From Nitrospirota bacterium (GTDB taxonomy: Bacteria > Nitrospirota > Nitrospiria > Nitrospirales > NS-4): DNA of 64,000 bases. The notes beneath the pieces were generated by a model. The model was not told the origin of the DNA. It was given only the letters and a program-made list of their open reading frames with translations, and did no database searches. The stretch covers positions 416,001 to 480,000 of the forward strand of contig CAWBGA010000017.1 of assembly GCA_963788195.1 (NCBI GenBank), given 5' to 3'. Positions 59,685 through 64,000 of the stretch are shown in pieces. A program made the translations under genes and the position numbers. The first letter of the stretch is position 1. Each line of letters begins with the position of its first letter.

Positions 59685-60671
59685 ATGAAGGTACTGGTGA
59701 CGGGATCGACAGGGTTCATTGGAGCCGCTGTGACCCGCAGCTTGCTCGCACATGGCATGGAGGTACGAGTCCTCATTCGACCGACCAGCGATCTCGGAAA
59801 CCTGCAAGGATTAGCAGTCGAACAATGGCCCGGGGATCTTCGCGACCCTGCGTCGCTTCGCCGGGCGCTTTCTGGGTGCCGTCAACTCTATCATGTTGCG
59901 GCGCACTATGCGCTGTGGGCCCCTGATCCCCAGGTTTTCTACGATAGCAATGTGAGCGGAACCCGACATCTCATGGAGGCGGCCGGCGAGGCCGGCATTG
60001 AGCGCATTGTCTATACCAGCACCATCGGGGCTATTGGCCTGCCCGCAGGGGGCGGCTTGGGCACCGAAACAATGCCCGTCACCCTCCTCCAGATGACAGG
60101 CCACTACAAGCGCTCCAAGTTCATGGCGGAGCAGGAGGTGCTGAAGCTGGCACAGGATGGCCTCCCGGTCGTCATCGTCAATCCCAGCGCCCCGGTCGGG
60201 CCCCGCGATATTAAGCCGACTCCGACAGGTCAGATCATCGTCGATTTTATGAAGCGCCGCATGAAGGCCTATATCGACACCGGCATGAATCTTGTGGATG
60301 TGGAAGATGTAGCGGCTGGCCACCTTATGGCCATGGAAAAAGGACGCATCGGCGAGCGATACATCTTGGGCAATAAGAATCTCTCACTCTATGAGGTTTT
60401 CAAGATATTAAGTCATCTGACCGGCATCCCGGCGCCGCGCGTGAGGCTTCCTCGCGCGAGCATCCTGCCCTTGGCGTACGCGAATCAATGGCTTTCGGAT
60501 TACGTCACCCATCGCCCCCCGCGTATCCCTCTGGAAGGCGTAAGGATGGCCAAGTATATGATGCACTATGATTGCGCCAAAGCGATTCGAGAACTCGGCT
60601 TGCCTCAGACACCCGTCGAGTCGGCGCTGGAGAACGCCGTCCGTTGGTTTAAGGATCACAAGTATGCATAG
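59685..60671 (+). CDS. hpnA: Hopanoid-associated sugar epimerase (dihydroflavonol reductase-like)
   Basis: TGSTGFIG, YHVAAHYALW, GHYKRSK, NPSAPVGPRDIKPTPTG, GERYILG. Confidence 0.88.
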   Translation: MKVLVTGSTGFIGAAVTRSLLAHGMEVRVLIRPTSDLGNLQGLAVEQWPGDLRDPASLRRALSGCRQLYHVAAHYALWAPDPQVFYDSNVSGTRHLMEAAGEAGIERIVYTSTIGAIGLPAGGGLGTETMPVTLLQMTGHYKRSKFMAEQEVLKLAQDGLPVVIVNPSAPVGPRDIKPTPTGQIIVDFMKRRMKAYIDTGMNLVDVEDVAAGHLMAMEKGRIGERYILGNKNLSLYEVFKILSHLTGIPAPRVRLPRASILPLAYANQWLSDYVTHRPPRIPLEGVRMAKYMMHYDCAKAIRELGLPQTPVESALENAVRWFKDHKYA

Positions 60672-60703
60672 AGTGTTGGTCCTCCCTGAACGCAAGAGGG
60701 GTA

Positions 60704-61341
60704 TTGTTGTGCGTTATCCTGGCGCTGGCGCTTCCCGCGCGTGCTGCTGATGCGCCCTCCGCTCCTGCATCGTCCTTCTGCGCGGCCTCTCCTATCCCCG
60801 ATCCGGCTTCGGATCCGCTGAATGCATGGGGCAATAACCCGACCCGGCTCGCAATGCTACAAAGGGTCCGGCAAGTTGCTGAAGAGAACGGCATGAGCAG
60901 TCTCCTGGGGTTGGAAATCGGAGTTACTGGCACTCAAAGTATCTACAACAGCACGTGGTTGCTAGAGACGCCCTCTGGCGTTACATCCTTCACCGTAGAA
61001 ACCCCTGATGCGCAGCGGGGCTGCCGGTGTCCAGCGAGCGGACCGTGGAGAAAGCGGCCTATGCCCTTCTGTGGACCGAACTGGAAGACCTTCGCGTGTG
61101 GGAGACTCCCTCGGACACCAGGACTATTGCTCGCCAGACGGACACACCTGTTTTTACTGCCACCTTCTGCCGCCAGGGACGCTTACATCGGATCCGCATT
61201 GAAAATCCGCCGCTTCCCACTTGGGGAAAAGATGACAGCTTCGATCAAGCCCGCCGGCGGCACGATAAGAAAGCGCGCGAATTTATGCTACGGCCGCGAG
61301 ATCGCGCCATCGAAGTGTTGCGGCTGATCCAGGCGTTCTAA
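60704..61341 (+). CDS. Exported hypothetical protein (probable frameshift ~61025; start uncertain)
   Basis: Signal-like LALALPARA; ORFs 60704..61327 and 61027..61341 together fill the gap between hpnA and the next gene. Confidence 0.5.
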
Positions 61342-61348
61342 TCATGTG

Positions 61349-62138
61349 ATGGACTTTCTGGGTTTGCTGGGCAAGACGCTGGTTCTGCGCCCTTACGTAT
61401 TTCTCTTTCTCGCGGTGGCCATCGCGGTGTCGCGCTCTCTCATGGGCGGCATCCGGACCCTTGCTTTTTTCCTCATCACCTGGGTCGTAGCCTTTATCTC
61501 CGAGTTCTCGTCTACCCGGACCGGCCTCCCATTTGGCTGGTATGCCTATAACGGCGCGACACAGGGCCAGGAGCTGTATTTAAGTAACGTCCCGTTCATG
61601 GACTCTCTTTCATTCACCTTCCTGCTGTTCGCCAGCTATTGCCTGAGCCTGTTATTTGTCTCGCCAAGTCCGCGCCAGGATTCGGTGATGTATATACCCT
61701 ACACGCGCCGACCGGCGGATGGCCTGGCCGGTCGTGGCTCTGTCGGTCCTTTTTTTCGCCTTCATCGACGTCATCATCGACCCGGTAGCCCTTCGCGGGG
61801 ACCGCTGGTTCCTGGGCAAGATTTATGATTATCCGCATCCCGGCGTTCACTTCGGTGTGCCACTCACGAATTATCTCGGCTGGGCTGTCGTCGGCCTGAT
61901 TGCTTTGAGCCTATTCCGCCTGCTCGACCGCCGCTTGCCAGAATCTTCACCGGGCGCCAACAAGGCCCGTCCGCTTCTATTGGGGGCGGCCCTCTACTAT
62001 GCCGTACTCACCTTCAACCTGGCCGTGACCTTCTGGATCGGAGAGGCGCTTTTAGCCTGGTGCGGAATTTTGATCTACCTCCCAGTCACCGCATTGCTGT
62101 TGATAAAGCTCACAAGCCGGCCCGCTCTCAGGGTCTAG
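61349..62138 (+). CDS. CruF/DUF422-like membrane protein (carotenoid/isoprenoid hydratase family), frameshift ~61710
   Basis: SEFSSTRTGLPFGWYAY, NVPFMDSLSF, IDVIIDPVA, GVPLTNYLGW. Confidence 0.8.
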
Positions 62139-62208
62139 ATCCGCAGTCCCTCCGTACTCCTCTTAAGAATTTTCCCGTGGCATCCGTAAAGAAGCTTAAG
62201 GAAATAAA

Positions 62209-62841
62209 GTGGACAAATCAAGCACATCGACCCCGAATCAAGAACATCAGGCCATGGCGGACGAGCATGTCAGCCCGGGTTTTCTTATATTGTCCAGTTC
62301 ATTGAAATTGCTGTTCAGAGATCAACAATCCTGGAAGCTCTGCGCGCTGATCAACAAAATCGAGCAAGGAAAAGCAGCAACGGGTGTCATCCCGCACGCC
62401 GTGCTCCAGATCTGTGCCCAGGTGGCCCAGATGCTGAAGTCAGCTCCGACCTCGAAGGATCTGGACGACCTCCAAGTCAAACATCTGATCGCAGATGCCC
62501 ACAGCCAGATTCTGGTATTAGCCATTGGTCTCCCGGACGCAAAAGACCATACTCGCTCGGAGATCCTCGTGCTCCTCGAGGAGGTCAGTCGTCCGCTGGA
62601 ACCGCTACTCCGCAGCGCGAAACGGCGATTTCAGTTTACGGAGCGCGAAGTGGGTGTCGTCCAACATCTCCTTAAAGGGATGACAAACAAGCAGATCGCG
62701 AACGAGATGGGGGTGACGGAGCAGACAGTCAAAGAGCATATCAAGAACGTCATGAAGAAGACGAAAACGCCGACCAGAACCGCGATCTTGCTGGCGATCA
62801 GCGGCGTGATCGGCACACCCGCTTCCTCCGATCCTAAATAA
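62209..62841 (+). CDS. LuxR-type HTH transcriptional regulator
   Basis: FTEREVGVVQHLLKGMTNKQIANEMGVTEQTVKEHIKNVMKK. Confidence 0.9.
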   Translation: MDKSSTSTPNQEHQAMADEHVSPGFLILSSSLKLLFRDQQSWKLCALINKIEQGKAATGVIPHAVLQICAQVAQMLKSAPTSKDLDDLQVKHLIADAHSQILVLAIGLPDAKDHTRSEILVLLEEVSRPLEPLLRSAKRRFQFTEREVGVVQHLLKGMTNKQIANEMGVTEQTVKEHIKNVMKKTKTPTRTAILLAISGVIGTPASSDPK

Positions 62842-62851
62842 GTCCACGCCG

Positions 62852-63376
62852 TTACACCCGCCCACCCTGAAACCTGCCAAGACAGGTTTCTTCTCCCCTG
62901 GTACACCCGCTCGCCAAGCCGAGCTAGCTCGACCCGAAGGGCCTGATGATTACTTGAGGCCGCCGGGGATGTTTCTCTACTCTCGCACACCCCTGAATCA
63001 CATACCACCCACCACACCCCGGCCCGCAGGGACGGGGCCTTGGCCCCGTGGGACAGATTCCTTTTCCCCTTATTTCACCCAGCCCGCCCTGGAGTACTCG
63101 ACCCCTTGCACGGAATGGCGAGGGGTGCCCCGGACAAACTCATTTGCCCCTTATTGCACCCACCATCTCACCCGCCCAAACCCGCGGCCGCCGAGACGGC
63201 CGCTTTTCTCCTGGCCTGGAATCTGCCAGAACAGATTTCTCTTCCCCAATTTCACCCGCCCGCCCTGGAGTCATTTCGACCCCTTGCAAGCGAAGAGCAA
63301 GGGGTGCCCCGGGCAGACTCCCTCGCCCATTACACCCACCCTCCCTGGAGTGTGCCAAGACAAACTCCTTTTCCCC
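62852..63376 (+). repeat. Largest mosaic cluster of the hairpin-repeat family
   Basis: gaaacctg-ccaaga-caggtttc (62869-62890), gcggccg-ccgaga-cggccgc (63184-63203), ggaatctg-ccagaa-cagatttc, ggagtgtg-ccaaga-caaactcc (63347-63368), two accccttgc/gcRaggggt modules. Confidence 0.92.
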
Positions 63377-63446
63377 TCGCCGAAGTATTGTCCTTACCGC
63401 GAAAGGGCACTGGCGCCTGCGCCTCCAAGGCCTTAGAGTCCTCCCC

Positions 63447-63656
63447 ATGTCTCTCTCAAGCGAAGTCTTGCTGCTAGACGCAAAGAAAGCAATTCTCGAA
63501 TATCACCTTCAGCAGTATCAGCTGGCTGTTCCACAGATGACCTCGGACGAGCGCCTCCTTCACCTGCAACGAGCACTGCATTCGGCCGCCGGGCTTGTTC
63601 AAGATTCATTAAACTTATTGGGACGGATTCGTCAGGATGGCTTGGACAGCGATTGA
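63447..63656 (+). CDS. Small helical hypothetical protein (69 aa)
   Basis: ATG 63447 MSLSSEVLLLDAKKAILEYHLQQY...; non-repetitive C-terminal part of ORF 63048..63656. Confidence 0.5.
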   Translation: MSLSSEVLLLDAKKAILEYHLQQYQLAVPQMTSDERLLHLQRALHSAAGLVQDSLNLLGRIRQDGLDSD

Positions 63657-63809
63657 GATCATACAACCCAAATGATTAAATTGGGCATTGAGTCCGGCAC
63701 TATCGTTCTGCAGGGCGCCTTCTAGCTTACCTCTCGACTGTATCGAACCCGTTGCCGTGATCGAGTTTGGCGTGGTATCGTTGACTATGATTCGTCACGG
63801 GGCCTGCTG

Positions 63810-64000
63810 ATGCGTAGCACCTTGCTCAAACTTATTATTGCCGCTGCGCTCGTCCCAATCATGTGGGTACTCACTGGCGCACTGCACTTCCCACGCGTCT
63901 TTCAGATCATGTTTGTCATCTATATCCTGCTGGGTCTGAGCGTGTTCCTTCTTCTCGATGCCCCCCCAATGCCAAAGATCGGAGGATGGAAGGCGATCGT
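63810..64000 (+). CDS. Membrane protein, 5' part only (N-terminus resembles membrane-bound cytochromes c of Nitrospira)
   Basis: MRSTLLKLIIAAALVPIMWVLTGALHFPRVFQIMFVIYILLGLSVFLLLDAPPMPKIGGWKAI, open to the window edge; no haem motif visible within the window. Confidence 0.6.
   Translation, partial: MRSTLLKLIIAAALVPIMWVLTGALHFPRVFQIMFVIYILLGLSVFLLLDAPPMPKIGGWKAI

Overview
GC-rich bacterial chromosomal region, probably Nitrospirota (inferred from gene content and small conserved proteins; not verified). It is mostly housekeeping: radC (partial), rsmD-coaD-aminotransferase, an NtrC-type two-component pair, tsaC-purE-purD-purH, pilT/pilU, dnaE-accA, a DEAD-box helicase, terC, nfeD-SPFH, scpAB, yajQ, cstA, fhs and ispA-hpnA. 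About 20 frameshifts, apparently single-base indels and including ones in purD, purH and ispA, most likely reflect sequencing or assembly error. I recognised no tRNA, rRNA, CRISPR array, transposase or prophage. The most unusual signals are: (1) a dispersed modular hairpin-repeat family (leader CACCCGCCC..CCC, freely covarying 6-8 bp stem, conserved CCRRGA-like loop) that forms intergenic mosaics and has also entered two protein-coding genes in opposite orientations; (2) a stand-alone bacterial protein with a complete C4HC3 (PHD/RING-CH-like) finger, coupled to a membrane protein and facing a 4xCxxC protein; (3) a 2-aminoethylphosphonate-type lipid-tailoring operon with no PEP mutase in the window; (4) a rifampin-phosphotransferase-like protein lacking its ATP-grasp domain, coupled to accA; (5) a DRE-TIM synthase, FAD/Fe-S dehydrogenase and dihaem cytochrome trio; (6) a structured leader upstream of the DEAD-box helicase.
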